DNA of 21,745 nucleotides, from positions 1 through 21,745 of the forward strand of contig CAZTOS010000037.1 of the NCBI GenBank assembly GCA_964615185.1. Direction: 5' to 3'. The translations under genes and the position numbers were made by a program. This document shows positions 9,093 to 19,299 of this stretch, in pieces; within the stretch, counting starts at the first letter, position 1; each line of letters starts with the position of its first letter. The DNA is from an uncultured Thermococci archaeon (lineage in GTDB: Archaea > Methanobacteriota_B > Thermococci > Thermococcales > Thermococcaceae). The notes under the pieces are model-generated. The model was not told the origin of the DNA. It saw nothing but the letters and a program-made list of their open reading frames with translations, and ran no database searches.

Positions 9093-9373
9093 TGGCCGTT
9101 GCAGAAATTTGTCTCTTTCCCCTTGGAACAGAGACTCCAAGCGTTGGGAAGTACCTTGAACCGGTGATTGAGGAGATAAGGAGGAGTGGGTTAAAATACA
9201 TGGTCTGCCCAATGGGAACTGTAGTAGAAGGAGATATTGATTCGATTCTTAAACTGATTAAAAGATGCCATGAAGCAATTTTCAAAGCTGGAGCAAAAAG
9301 GGTGGTAATAAGTGTGAAAATTGACGACAGAGTAGATAAACCTATCACGATAGAAAGCAAGCTTGGGGTTTAA
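9092..9373 (+). CDS. MTH1187/YkoF-like thiamine-binding family protein
   Basis: PLGTETPSVGKY..PMGTVVEG..H..GAKRVVISVKIDDRVDK signature; TAATG overlap with the upstream gene. Confidence 0.88.
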   Translation: MAVAEICLFPLGTETPSVGKYLEPVIEEIRRSGLKYMVCPMGTVVEGDIDSILKLIKRCHEAIFKAGAKRVVISVKIDDRVDKPITIESKLGV

Positions 9374-9374
9374 G

Positions 9375-10052
9375 ATGGCCCAATACTTCGACAAAATTGC
9401 TCACCACTACGATGCATGGTATCAAACGAAAGTTGGCCAGTATGTTGATAGAACAGAGAAAAGGCTTATTTTCTCCATGATTAAAACGAAAAGAGGACGA
9501 GCATTAGATTTGGGCTGCGGTACTGGAAATTATACTATTGAACTCCATAAAAGGGGCTTTGATGTGATAGGAGTTGACCTGAATCAAGAGATGCTTAAAA
9601 TTGCCAAGTCCAAGCTTCCGCGTGTTCTTTTCATTCGAGCTGATGCATATAATTTGCCATTCAAAGAAGAAGTCTTTGATTTGGTGCTGAGTGTTACAAT
9701 GTTTGAGTTTATCCACGAACCCGAAAAAGCTTTGAATGAAATATATCGGGTGCTAAAGCCAGGAGGAGAAGTTATCATAGGAACCATGAACGGAAAAAGT
9801 TTATGGTTTCTTTTCAAACGATTTAAAAGCTTGTTTGTTGAAACGGCATACAGATATGCAAGATTCTACACTCCAAAAGAATTAGAAACACTCTTAACAA
9901 ATGCAGGATTTGATAATGTAGAGAGCAGAGGCATTATATTTTTCCCATCGTTCTTTCCATTTGTTGGATTTGCGGAGAAAGTTGACCAGAAATTCAACAA
10001 AAATTTGAAGAGTCTTGGAGCATTCATAGCTGTCAGGGGAGTTAAAAAGTGA
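9375..10052 (+). CDS. Class I SAM-dependent methyltransferase (UbiE/Methyltransf_11-like)
   Basis: ALDLGCGTG, GVDL..ML, ADAYNLPF..FDLV, EIYRVLKPGG. Confidence 0.88.
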   Translation: MAQYFDKIAHHYDAWYQTKVGQYVDRTEKRLIFSMIKTKRGRALDLGCGTGNYTIELHKRGFDVIGVDLNQEMLKIAKSKLPRVLFIRADAYNLPFKEEVFDLVLSVTMFEFIHEPEKALNEIYRVLKPGGEVIIGTMNGKSLWFLFKRFKSLFVETAYRYARFYTPKELETLLTNAGFDNVESRGIIFFPSFFPFVGFAEKVDQKFNKNLKSLGAFIAVRGVKK

Positions 10053-10468
10053 CAGAGAAAGAAGAAATCATCTTGATAACAAGAGAAAAGGCATTTGAAA
10101 GAGCAAGGCATCTCAAACGAGAGAACGAGCTTATCTATGGGGTTAAGTTTATTATAGACCACAAATATCTTCCGCTTGATATTCTGATACCAACCCAAAG
10201 GGAACTCAGTGAGGCAAAGTTATTGGTCGTTCTTCAAGAGATTAAGCATGGCTATGATGCCCCCATCATAGTGTTGGAGCATCAGGGGAGATATTACATC
10301 CTTGATGGTCACCACAGAGCTTACGCACTCAAAAAGCTTGGATTTTCCCAAGTAGAATGCTTAATTCTAAAACCAAGAAAAGAAATTGATACAAAAATTG
10401 AAGAAACAGCTCAAAGATCAAAATTAAAAAGTTTAGACGACATAAAAATAGTGAGAGACAAGAGCTAA
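10049..10468 (+). CDS. Stand-alone ParB/sulfiredoxin-fold (ParB N-terminal) protein
   Basis: LIPTQ..PIIVL..YYILDGHHRAYALKKLG motif; GTGA overlap with the methyltransferase stop. Confidence 0.8.
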   Translation: MTEKEEIILITREKAFERARHLKRENELIYGVKFIIDHKYLPLDILIPTQRELSEAKLLVVLQEIKHGYDAPIIVLEHQGRYYILDGHHRAYALKKLGFSQVECLILKPRKEIDTKIEETAQRSKLKSLDDIKIVRDKS

Positions 10469-13308
10469 CCTTGCTTATAAATCACGTACTCCTTATCTGC
10501 TACAAACACTGGTTCAATTCTCCTCCCTCTAATAATCACTTTATCGGCTCCATACCTCTGCTTGAGCTGTTCTATATACTGGGTAAAGACTTGAGGCATT
10601 TCAACATCCGCTGTTATCGTATTAACACCAGCTTTAACCGAGACATCTCTCTTTACTGGAACATATTTTATGATGTCCATATGAGGCCCAAACGCTGCAT
10701 TTTCATCTTCATTGTTTGTTCCCTGTGTTCTCACTAAGTATATTATGGTAGCCCTTAGGTAAAGGGTTGCTTTATAACCCCTGTCAAATTCTGCCTTTAA
10801 TGCAAGCTTACCGCTTTTTCCCTCTGGGACAACATAAATTGGATTTGCAGGTTCTCCATTAAATTCTGGGGCACTTGCCAATGCTCCAACAGGTCCTTTT
10901 TGGATAAGTACAAGCTCATACTTAGTTGCATGTGGAACGTTCAGCGTTACCTCAACTGGTTTCTCTTGCAAGTGATCAATGTTAACATGAGTGGCTATTG
11001 TCTCCTCGGCTACCAGCTTTCCATCTTTATAGGCTCTGAGCTTTATTGTTGCATCCTTCACATCCCTGCCAAATGCTGATATGTAGAGTCTGGCTTTGTA
11101 TTCTCCAGGTTCAAGCTTTTTGATAGAGCTCCATGTTCCGTTTTTGTAAACCTCCATTTTATAAATCACAAATGGGTGGAACTCATACACATTGATGTCT
11201 CCCGTTGACTTAACAAGCCGGAAGTTTGGGACTCCGTTTCCACCCAAAAATGCCATCCTGATAAAATTGCTGAAAGCCACTTTATGATATGTTAAGATGG
11301 CGTAGTTGGGGAATACCCAGACAATGCCGGGATATGTTCCCTGTTCCCTAATTACTTCTCCAGTTTGGAGAAATATAGCCTGTATAGGTTCAAGCTGCTG
11401 ATTTCCAACCTGGATCACGACCTTCTTTTTCCCATTTTCTGTGAGCACTCTTATTATTTGGTTTTGGCTTAGGACATAAAGGTTTTCTCCGTATTTCTGG
11501 AAGGGAAGTATCATGGCAAGGCTGTCTCTTTCTTTTCTGCTTATGACTCCACCAAGATAGCTTATTGCATTGAACTTGAAGATATCCTGGGTCCATACTA
11601 TGAAGTAGTTGAGCTCCCAACTCTCAAAATCGACTTCACTTTTTGTTCCATCATTTGCAAGAAACCTTGCCAATATGTAATCCCTGTCTCTCGCATGTCC
11701 TCCGTCAGCAGAGGCTCTCCTATTACCAAGGAGAGAACTTTCTATCCAGTATCCATAATCCCACCATGAAGTAGCAGTTGAAAGCTTGGGTGTGTTCTGG
11801 TTCAGCCATCTTAGTGTTTCTTCCCAAGATGGGGTTACTGAACCTGCTTTTGCCATTGCTTTTGCTTGAGAATTCATAGTTGTCGCGCCCACTATTGGTA
11901 TTGGTACGAAGAGTATTATCAAAAGCACAGCATAAAGTGCTTTTGTAGATGTTCTTTCTTTCATATTCTCAACAAAGCTAAAGAGCTCTCCAATTAGGAT
12001 ACCAAACCCAAGTATAACCGCTCCAGAAGCTAAGAACAAGAATCTCACAGCTGTCCACATAAGATAGAGAGACATTACATAGTAAAGCAATACAAACAAT
12101 TGCTTTTCATTAACCTCCCCTTCTCTGGACAAAGTGAGTACAAAGCGAAGTGCTACTGTAGCAATTCCAAGCAGAGAGATCAGGAAGATCGTCCCATCCG
12201 ATGATTTCACTGCGTAATAACGTGATACGTCATCCCAAGTCGTCTTTGCAAGCTCTTGAACAGTCTCATATACCTGAGTTGATTGATATGCACCGCCCAT
12301 AAGCTTGAAAAGCTTTGGACCCACATAGGCATAAGCTCCAGCAAATCCTATGAGAACCACTATTGCCACTACCGCAAACCTGTGCTTCTTGTCGGAGTAG
12401 TTGAGCTTGAACTTCTCTCCATAGAGCATTATTAGGGTCAGTAACATTAGACCAAGAAATACCTTAAACGCGAACTTGATAAAACCCTCAACCCTGACTA
12501 TACCGGGAAAGGTCAGAAGGTATCCCAAGACAAGCACTGCAAAATATGCTGGGTAGAAGTCTCTAATGAACTCTTTGAGCTTTTCAATTTTTCCAAAGAC
12601 GAACAATAGAATCGCGTAAATACTTGCAAAGCCAAGGAAAACCATTAAACCAAATGGCGAACCGTTCCAGACGCTTAATGAAGTGACTGAAAATATCACA
12701 AAGAGCATTCCCCAGAGATACCTCTTTTTATCTTTTGTTTCAAGGTATAAGAACAGTGAAATTACTGCATACAGAAACAGCATTAAAAATGGACCATCAC
12801 CTCTATTATTTCCTGAAAATGTTCTAACGAAATGAGCTGTTGAGAACATCATAACGGTAGCAGCCCATAGCCCAGCCCAGTCTGAGTGGAACTTCTTTCC
12901 AAGTATGTATATTGCAACAATGCTGAAAAACCCAACAAGAGGTGGCCAGAGCTTAAAGACCGCAAGCTCTGTGTATCCAAACACTGAGAGAATCTTGTAG
13001 AGTATGGCAGGTAATATATACAGTCCAAGAGGTTCACCTATTATAGAACCAAATGGAGCCTCTGCCATCATGTAGTATTTTGGTATCCATTCCTTTATCG
13101 TGAGCTTGTAAATCTCAAAATGATAAAATGTATCTGGATCTATAAAGTACTTGTAGCTTGCCGTCTGATATCTAATCTTAAAACCAATTAATGCAATGAC
13201 CACTACTAAAATTGGAAAAACATATTTCCGGATCTTATTAAAGTTAAATGATAGCTCAGAAGAATCTTTTCGTTTTTTAGATTTTTCTTTAACCTTCGTC
13301 TTCACCAT
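10465..13308 (-). CDS. aglB: Oligosaccharyltransferase AglB (STT3), long Thermococcales type
   Basis: DPDTFYH, NRGDG, ETVQEL, WWDYG and SADGG motifs; many TM helices; ATG 13308 follows GAGGTGA. Confidence 0.95.
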   Translation of the reverse strand: MVKTKVKEKSKKRKDSSELSFNFNKIRKYVFPILVVVIALIGFKIRYQTASYKYFIDPDTFYHFEIYKLTIKEWIPKYYMMAEAPFGSIIGEPLGLYILPAILYKILSVFGYTELAVFKLWPPLVGFFSIVAIYILGKKFHSDWAGLWAATVMMFSTAHFVRTFSGNNRGDGPFLMLFLYAVISLFLYLETKDKKRYLWGMLFVIFSVTSLSVWNGSPFGLMVFLGFASIYAILLFVFGKIEKLKEFIRDFYPAYFAVLVLGYLLTFPGIVRVEGFIKFAFKVFLGLMLLTLIMLYGEKFKLNYSDKKHRFAVVAIVVLIGFAGAYAYVGPKLFKLMGGAYQSTQVYETVQELAKTTWDDVSRYYAVKSSDGTIFLISLLGIATVALRFVLTLSREGEVNEKQLFVLLYYVMSLYLMWTAVRFLFLASGAVILGFGILIGELFSFVENMKERTSTKALYAVLLIILFVPIPIVGATTMNSQAKAMAKAGSVTPSWEETLRWLNQNTPKLSTATSWWDYGYWIESSLLGNRRASADGGHARDRDYILARFLANDGTKSEVDFESWELNYFIVWTQDIFKFNAISYLGGVISRKERDSLAMILPFQKYGENLYVLSQNQIIRVLTENGKKKVVIQVGNQQLEPIQAIFLQTGEVIREQGTYPGIVWVFPNYAILTYHKVAFSNFIRMAFLGGNGVPNFRLVKSTGDINVYEFHPFVIYKMEVYKNGTWSSIKKLEPGEYKARLYISAFGRDVKDATIKLRAYKDGKLVAEETIATHVNIDHLQEKPVEVTLNVPHATKYELVLIQKGPVGALASAPEFNGEPANPIYVVPEGKSGKLALKAEFDRGYKATLYLRATIIYLVRTQGTNNEDENAAFGPHMDIIKYVPVKRDVSVKAGVNTITADVEMPQVFTQYIEQLKQRYGADKVIIRGRRIEPVFVADKEYVIYKQG

Positions 13309-13318
13309 CCAAATCACC

Positions 13319-15127
13319 TCATTCAACGGTAACGGATTTTGCCAAATTTCTCGGCTTGTCCGGATCATTACCTCTCAGGACTGCTAAGTGATATGCTAAT
13401 AGTTGTAAAGGAACTATATAAATTATAGGACTCAAAACTTCATCTACCTTCGGCATTTTTATTAAAACGTCACTCACTTTTTTCAGCTCTTCACTATCTC
13501 CCAAGCTTATTATCAGTGCACCTCTGGCTTTGGCTTCTTGGATGTTCGATATCATTTTTTCTAAGGTTTTTCCACTTGGAGCTACCGCAACTACCGGAAC
13601 ACCTTCCTCAATTAATGCCAGCGGTCCATGCTTCAGCTCTCCCGCAGAGAGCCCTTCGGCATGTATATAGCTTATCTCCTTAAGCTTGAGTGCTCCTTCA
13701 AGGGCCGTGGCAAGACTTATGCCCCTTCCAATGTAGAAGAAATCTCTTTTTTCTTTAAGACTTTCCGCTAGTGTCTTTATCTTATTCTCATACCCTAAAG
13801 CAACCTCAATGTACTTTGGCATCTCATAGAGTTCTGCTTCAATCTTTTGAAGATATTCCTTATCCACAGTGTTAAGATATTTTGCAAGTGCAATTGCAAG
13901 CATGCTCAAAACAGTCAGCTGAGTTGTGTATGTTTTTGTTGCGGCAACACCAATTTCCGGACCTGCATGGGTGTAAAGCACAAGGTCACTGATCCTTGTA
14001 GCCATACTCCCAACAACATTCACTATGCTGAGAACCTTGGCACCTTTCTTTTTTGCCAGTTTTATTGCAGCCAAAGTGTCAGCGGTTTCTCCGCTTTGAG
14101 TAATTGCAATAACCAAGGTATTTTCGTCAATTAAGTCCTCAAACTCGTACCTAAACTCACTTGCGTCTTCGACTACTGGTACCTTTTTCACGAGTCTCTG
14201 GAAGAAGTATTTACCCCCAAGTGCAGCGTGATAAGATGTCCCCATGGCAACAAAAAATATTCTATCATACTTTGCGATTTCCCTTGCAATCTCATCAATT
14301 ATACCAGCATTTCCATATATTGCCTCCTTCACTGCTTTCGGCTGTTCATGAATCTCCTTAAGCATGAAATGTTCATATCCCTGCTTTTCTGCCATCTCTA
14401 ATGTCCACTTAATTTCATGGATTTTCTTTTCTTTAATTTCTCCAGTTTTCAAGTCTTTTACAATAAAGGAATCTTTTGTTACAACAGCATACTCTCCATC
14501 ATCAAGAAACACAGCTTTATTCGTGTACGGTAAAAATGCAGGAATATCTGAAGCAGCAAACATTTCTCCATGCCCGATTCCCAAAACAAGCGGACTTTCA
14601 TTCCTAACAAAATATAAGTGCTCTTTATCATGGGCATATATTATTCCAAGGGCAAAAGAACCTTTAAGCCTTAGTAGAGCATATCTAAGGGCATCTTCAA
14701 AGTTTTTAAAATCTCTCAAAGAATCTTCAATTAGATGAGCAATAATTTCAGTATCCGTATCGCTCTTAAACTTATGTCCCTTTCTGATAAGCTCTTCTTT
14801 AAGCTCGAGGTAGTTTTCTATTATCCCATTGTGAACCACTGCAATTTCTCCACTGCAGTCAGTGTGAGGGTGGGCATTAACATCGTTAGGGATTCCATGC
14901 GTTGCCCACCTTGTATGTCCAATTCCCCTTTTTCCAGGCATCTCAAGAAGCCTAAGCTTTTCCTTCAGCTCATCGATCTTTCCGGCACCCTTCCTAATAT
15001 AAAGCCTCCCTCCTTCTTCGGTTACAATACCTACAGAATCATAACCTCTGTATTCCAATCTCTTCAGACCATCCACAAGCACATAACATGCTTTTCTTTC
15101 ACCAATGTATCCAATAATTCCGCACAT
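13319..15127 (-). CDS. glmS: Glutamine-fructose-6-phosphate transaminase (isomerizing)
   Basis: MCGIIG N-terminal nucleophile, [33 protein letters not shown]-terminal [11 protein letters not shown]. Confidence 0.97.
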   Translation of the reverse strand: MCGIIGYIGERKACYVLVDGLKRLEYRGYDSVGIVTEEGGRLYIRKGAGKIDELKEKLRLLEMPGKRGIGHTRWATHGIPNDVNAHPHTDCSGEIAVVHNGIIENYLELKEELIRKGHKFKSDTDTEIIAHLIEDSLRDFKNFEDALRYALLRLKGSFALGIIYAHDKEHLYFVRNESPLVLGIGHGEMFAASDIPAFLPYTNKAVFLDDGEYAVVTKDSFIVKDLKTGEIKEKKIHEIKWTLEMAEKQGYEHFMLKEIHEQPKAVKEAIYGNAGIIDEIAREIAKYDRIFFVAMGTSYHAALGGKYFFQRLVKKVPVVEDASEFRYEFEDLIDENTLVIAITQSGETADTLAAIKLAKKKGAKVLSIVNVVGSMATRISDLVLYTHAGPEIGVAATKTYTTQLTVLSMLAIALAKYLNTVDKEYLQKIEAELYEMPKYIEVALGYENKIKTLAESLKEKRDFFYIGRGISLATALEGALKLKEISYIHAEGLSAGELKHGPLALIEEGVPVVAVAPSGKTLEKMISNIQEAKARGALIISLGDSEELKKVSDVLIKMPKVDEVLSPIIYIVPLQLLAYHLAVLRGNDPDKPRNLAKSVTVE

Positions 15128-15388
15128 GTGTGATCCCTCATTTAGTTTGTTACTCTCTTTTGTTAGATGTTTTCCCCAATTAAAAGAGTTTCTCTAAAAC
15201 CATTTCAGAACTGTTCTTGAAATAATTTCTTACAGTTTTGTATTGTGTAAAATTGTTTAGTATCTTTTCCTTTATGTATGATATCCTCTGTTCCATCTTT
15301 TATAAATTTACAATTTTAGGTGATGGGAGTTTACACTCTATCAAAAAATCTATATAATCGAACTCTTCAATTTCTTCCAGGTGGGAAA

Positions 15389-15595
15389 ATGGACAAAAAA
15401 CTTGATGAGTTCATGGCATCTCCAATAAAAGTAAAACAAGAAGAAGTCAGGAAAAACAATAAAAAGAAGCGTCTTCGAATGACTAAACTCGATAATTTCC
15501 TTCCAGAGGAACATATAAACTATTTCAAAGCATTAAGGATTGGTTCAAAACGGATAAGAAACGCTAAAATTAGTGAGATATCTCCAGATGATTGA
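15389..15595 (+). CDS. Thermococcales inhibitor of PCNA (TIP)-like small basic protein
   Basis: [49 protein letters not shown]; divergent from glmS. Family recognised from memory. Confidence 0.78.
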   Translation: MDKKLDEFMASPIKVKQEEVRKNNKKKRLRMTKLDNFLPEEHINYFKALRIGSKRIRNAKISEISPDD

Positions 15596-15670
15596 GAAGT
15601 GTTGTTAAGTCTAACCATTCCTGTAAAAAGGCTAAAACTATCATTAGCAGATAAAAATAATGAGGGGATA

Positions 15671-16465
15671 ATGATGGATGCTGAAACTCTCCTTAAGCTG
15701 ATATTCACTTCAAGATTGCGACGAGATCTGATCTTAGCACTTGGACGTGGGCCCAAAATCCTAAAGGAACTACAAAATGAACTCCATTCAACTCCTTCCT
15801 CAATCCTACATGCCCTAAAGGCTTTGGAAATCAGAAATATCGTACATCAAAATGAAAGCACCAAAGAGTATGAACTTACAAATACAGGATATCTCATCTA
15901 TATACAGCTTAAAAATATCCTGGACTCTTTTGATGTCATATCAAAATTTGAAAACTTCTGGTTGACCCATGATGTCAAACCAGTCCCAGAGGAGTTTCTC
16001 AAGACTATCGGGAATCTCAAAAATTCTCAACTTGTCGTGGCATCTCCGGACGAATTAAAATCCCCTCATGAGGTATATACCGATCTCATCAGGAATTCAA
16101 AATGGGTGAGAGCGATTTCTTCTGTAGTATTCAGGGAATATTCAGATGCCTTTTTAGAGCTTGCCTTTAAAGGAGCAGATATCGAAGCAATACTACCAGA
16201 GAAGACATATAAAAAGCTTCTCAATATGCTCGGAGATGAGGAGATAAGCGCCCTAAAGAAACTCTCCAACATGCGAATTTATACTTTGGAATGGAATCCC
16301 AAAGTTTCATTCACAGTAACTGATTATGTGCTGTCCTTTGGGCTTCTCTTCCCTGATGGAAGATATGATATGACAATGGATCTTGTCAGTTATGATCCAA
16401 AGACCAGAAAATGGGCACTTGATCTTTTCCACCACTACAAGCAGTTTGCAAAAAGAGTGCTTTAG
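15671..16465 (+). CDS. Winged-HTH transcriptional regulator with DUF1724-type C-terminal domain
   Basis: IFTSRLRRDLILAL..SSILHALKAL..YELTNTG HTH; FWLTHD..P; SFTVTD..SFGL..DGRYD..WALDLF pattern; GAGGGG RBS. Confidence 0.75.
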   Translation: MMDAETLLKLIFTSRLRRDLILALGRGPKILKELQNELHSTPSSILHALKALEIRNIVHQNESTKEYELTNTGYLIYIQLKNILDSFDVISKFENFWLTHDVKPVPEEFLKTIGNLKNSQLVVASPDELKSPHEVYTDLIRNSKWVRAISSVVFREYSDAFLELAFKGADIEAILPEKTYKKLLNMLGDEEISALKKLSNMRIYTLEWNPKVSFTVTDYVLSFGLLFPDGRYDMTMDLVSYDPKTRKWALDLFHHYKQFAKRVL

Positions 16466-16469
16466 GTTA

Positions 16470-17600
16470 TTAAAGCGGCTCAGCAATTATAGCTCTGTCC
16501 TTGTATTGGAATACATATGCCCTCCTTTCACCCTTCAAGTTGTTCTCAACTTTTTTCCTAAAGCGCCAGTATTCGCTGTCTGGAATTGAAATTCTAAGCG
16601 TTGCCCTTCCAAACCCTTCTTTCCTCAGAAATTCATTAATTCTCAGGAGATGAAACTTAATGATCCCAACAATGATGTAAGCCCTTTTGAAATACTCGCT
16701 TTTGATTTCATCATCACTGGTTGCTAATACCCTTCTCTTCTCTCTCAGCAACATATAGAGGTTTCCTTTAACTGCATGGAATAGCTCGTTTATTAAATCG
16801 GCATAACCAATGCTCTGTGGAATCTCATAGAGGTATTTTTTAGGCTCGCTCCACTCAATGATGTTTTCAAGGTTAGGATTGCTTTCAAGCCTAATCCCTT
16901 TTGGCAAAAGCACTGCCGAGCGTTCAGCTTTTGCTAAGGGCTCAAAGTAAAAAGTTAATCTATTCAGCTGTCCATATAAGTCAATATACTCAAATTCACC
17001 TTTCCATGGGATTTTTTCTCGCCTAATTTGGGGAGGTAAGTCAAATATGAATGCATCTGTTTTATGTTTGTAAGCTTCATAAATCTTGAGAGGACTTGGA
17101 AGTAAATCCTCCAGCCTCCTTTCGGGCATTTCTGGTGGACGAGCAGGATCAGAGAATATTACATCTGCATTCACTTGCTTTATAACCCACTCACTCAAAG
17201 AATCTCCATGAATGAATTTTATCTTCTCTTTAACACCATACTTCTCCGCATTTTTCATTGCATAAAACAGCTTCCTCTCATCAATATCAATTGCATAAGC
17301 TTCCCTCGCATATTTGGCGAAAAATATAAGCTGTATCCCAATCCCACAGCTCACATCGGCTATGCTTTCTGGCTTAACCCTCTCAGCTCTGTATTCAGCA
17401 ACTACCTCATGAGTGGCATATCTCAGTCCCTCTAAATCCATCCATAAATCCTTTCTCGAGAATTTATCTTTAGCCTTAATCCTGGCTCTCGCTATCTCAA
17501 TTATCTCGTCAGCATTCTCTCTTGGAAGTCTCGCCCTAATCTTCCTCTCATCAAATCCCTTCTTTATCATCTCAACTGCAAGTTCAATATACTCCTCCAT
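16470..17600 (-). CDS. Class I SAM-dependent methyltransferase (Tgs1-like core) with probable C-terminal THUMP-like domain; likely RNA methyltransferase
   Basis: DLEGLRYATHE, IADVSCGIG, AIDID, FIHGDSL, VIFSDPARP. Confidence 0.7.
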   Translation of the reverse strand: MEEYIELAVEMIKKGFDERKIRARLPRENADEIIEIARARIKAKDKFSRKDLWMDLEGLRYATHEVVAEYRAERVKPESIADVSCGIGIQLIFFAKYAREAYAIDIDERKLFYAMKNAEKYGVKEKIKFIHGDSLSEWVIKQVNADVIFSDPARPPEMPERRLEDLLPSPLKIYEAYKHKTDAFIFDLPPQIRREKIPWKGEFEYIDLYGQLNRLTFYFEPLAKAERSAVLLPKGIRLESNPNLENIIEWSEPKKYLYEIPQSIGYADLINELFHAVKGNLYMLLREKRRVLATSDDEIKSEYFKRAYIIVGIIKFHLLRINEFLRKEGFGRATLRISIPDSEYWRFRKKVENNLKGERRAYVFQYKDRAIIAEPL

Positions 17601-17691
17601 TTCCTCACCGCTATTTCCTTAAGAGAGGTTCTTTTAAATTTTTGCGAAAAGATTTAAAGTAATTAGGAAAGAGAGCAAACGGGGAGGAGAA

Positions 17692-19299
17692 ATGACACAC
17701 AGAGAGAAGCTCTACTTTGCACTACTCATTATCATCCTCACTGGAACCTTCTGTTACACTTATAAACAAGCTTCAAGCGAGGGACTGTATGACTATATCG
17801 GAGATGAAGTATGGTATGTATCTGCATCCCGAAATGTGTTACATCGCTTGGGCATTGATGTTCACTATATAAATGAAACAACAAATAGTGAGGGTGTTAA
17901 CATAATATTCCTTACAGAACCTGAGATTAAGGGCGAGGTAAAGGTATCCTTTCTTGGATTTACGATTTTGAGGACATACACAGCTGTAGAACCCCCAACT
18001 ATTCCCGGCTTTGTTTCAAAACTTGGAATAAAGGTTGAGTACATTCCATTCAATTTTTCTCAAGAATATGACGTTGATCTCATGAAGGTCAAGATTTGGC
18101 AGATTGCCCAAAGATATAACTACACAAGATACATACTTTATACAAACTTTCCTGCTGTGTATTATGAAATACCAGAGAACAACTTCGACAAATTTGTAAA
18201 AGAGGTAAGGAATATTGAAGGTGTGGATGTAATTCCGGGTTTTCAATATCCAGATAAGGAAAACATACAGACCTATCTTAATACGGAACATCCATTTCTG
18301 GCAAAAGACTTTATAATGCTGGGCATGCTAATCCAAGATAAGCCAATCTTTTGGCGTCTGCCTGGCTTAATTGCTCATGTAATAATCAATCTCCTTGTAT
18401 TTTTTGCTGCATTGCGAATTACAAAAAGCTATTTAGCAGCATTTATTGCGCTGATATTCTCTGCTTTTGATCCTCTGCTGTATGCGACTTCACTGGCAGC
18501 AATGCTTGATATCTATGTCGCTCTTTTCACTGCAATTTTTATGTACGTCATGATAGAAGACAATCATTACTTAAGTGGTATTTCAATTGGCTTAGCTGCA
18601 GCAACAAAGCTCAACGGTGCATTTCCCTATCCTGTCCTTGTGATAAAAACTCTGAAAAACAGAGTGTCCATTAAAAGAAATGTTTTAATCCTCCTTATTC
18701 TACCTGGAATTGCCTTTTTGATTCCAGAAATTCCAATAATAATGACAATCGGCTTCCAGAGATGGGTTGAGGAGTTCATAGCAAGTTTTTCATGGCATCT
18801 TAGCTTTAAGGGGGAACATCCGGCAAACTCACCTTTTTGGCAGTGGTTCATAAGTTTAAAGCCATTCCCATTTCACTACAACCCTGATGTTTTTGCAGCA
18901 ACTGACCCGATTCTAATGCTCTCAATGATAGTCTTTATATTTGCTATTCCATATGCAGCTAAAAAACGTGGAAAAATTCTGATACCATTTGGAATATTCT
19001 GGTCCACAATTGGGTTCTATGCCTTGCAGTGGATTCTTGGTGGGAAAACCCAGTTTTCATTTTATGCAACTCCTCTCGTTCCAGCTGGGGCAGTAACCCT
19101 TGGTGTTATGGCATATGAACTGATAAAATGGGAGTATTTCGAAGAATCACTTAAGTTTTATTGGACTTGGATTTTAAGGATTCTAAAGCCAATTATTGGG
19201 ACAATAAAGAGTATGAAGTCTAAAGAGGAGCATAGGGATGAAATTACCTCAGAAAGTCAAGCAGATTTCGCTGATTCTTCTTCTGAGTCTGAGCCTTAA
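17692..19299 (+). CDS. GT-C membrane glycosyltransferase, dolichyl-phosphate-mannose-protein mannosyltransferase (PMT)-like
   Basis: First-loop GDEVWY acidic pair, EHPFLAK, WRLP, MLDIY, AATKLNG, HPANSPFWQW; multiple TM segments; GGAGG RBS. Confidence 0.8.
   Translation: MTHREKLYFALLIIILTGTFCYTYKQASSEGLYDYIGDEVWYVSASRNVLHRLGIDVHYINETTNSEGVNIIFLTEPEIKGEVKVSFLGFTILRTYTAVEPPTIPGFVSKLGIKVEYIPFNFSQEYDVDLMKVKIWQIAQRYNYTRYILYTNFPAVYYEIPENNFDKFVKEVRNIEGVDVIPGFQYPDKENIQTYLNTEHPFLAKDFIMLGMLIQDKPIFWRLPGLIAHVIINLLVFFAALRITKSYLAAFIALIFSAFDPLLYATSLAAMLDIYVALFTAIFMYVMIEDNHYLSGISIGLAAATKLNGAFPYPVLVIKTLKNRVSIKRNVLILLILPGIAFLIPEIPIIMTIGFQRWVEEFIASFSWHLSFKGEHPANSPFWQWFISLKPFPFHYNPDVFAATDPILMLSMIVFIFAIPYAAKKRGKILIPFGIFWSTIGFYALQWILGGKTQFSFYATPLVPAGAVTLGVMAYELIKWEYFEESLKFYWTWILRILKPIIGTIKSMKSKEEHRDEITSESQADFADSSSESEP

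Noticed and set aside
13309..13368. N-terminal extensions given by the ORF track (aglB 13368; also DUF2258 8129, adk 8075, regulator 15599)
   Set aside because: They overlap neighbouring genes or promoters; downstream ATGs have well-placed RBSs.
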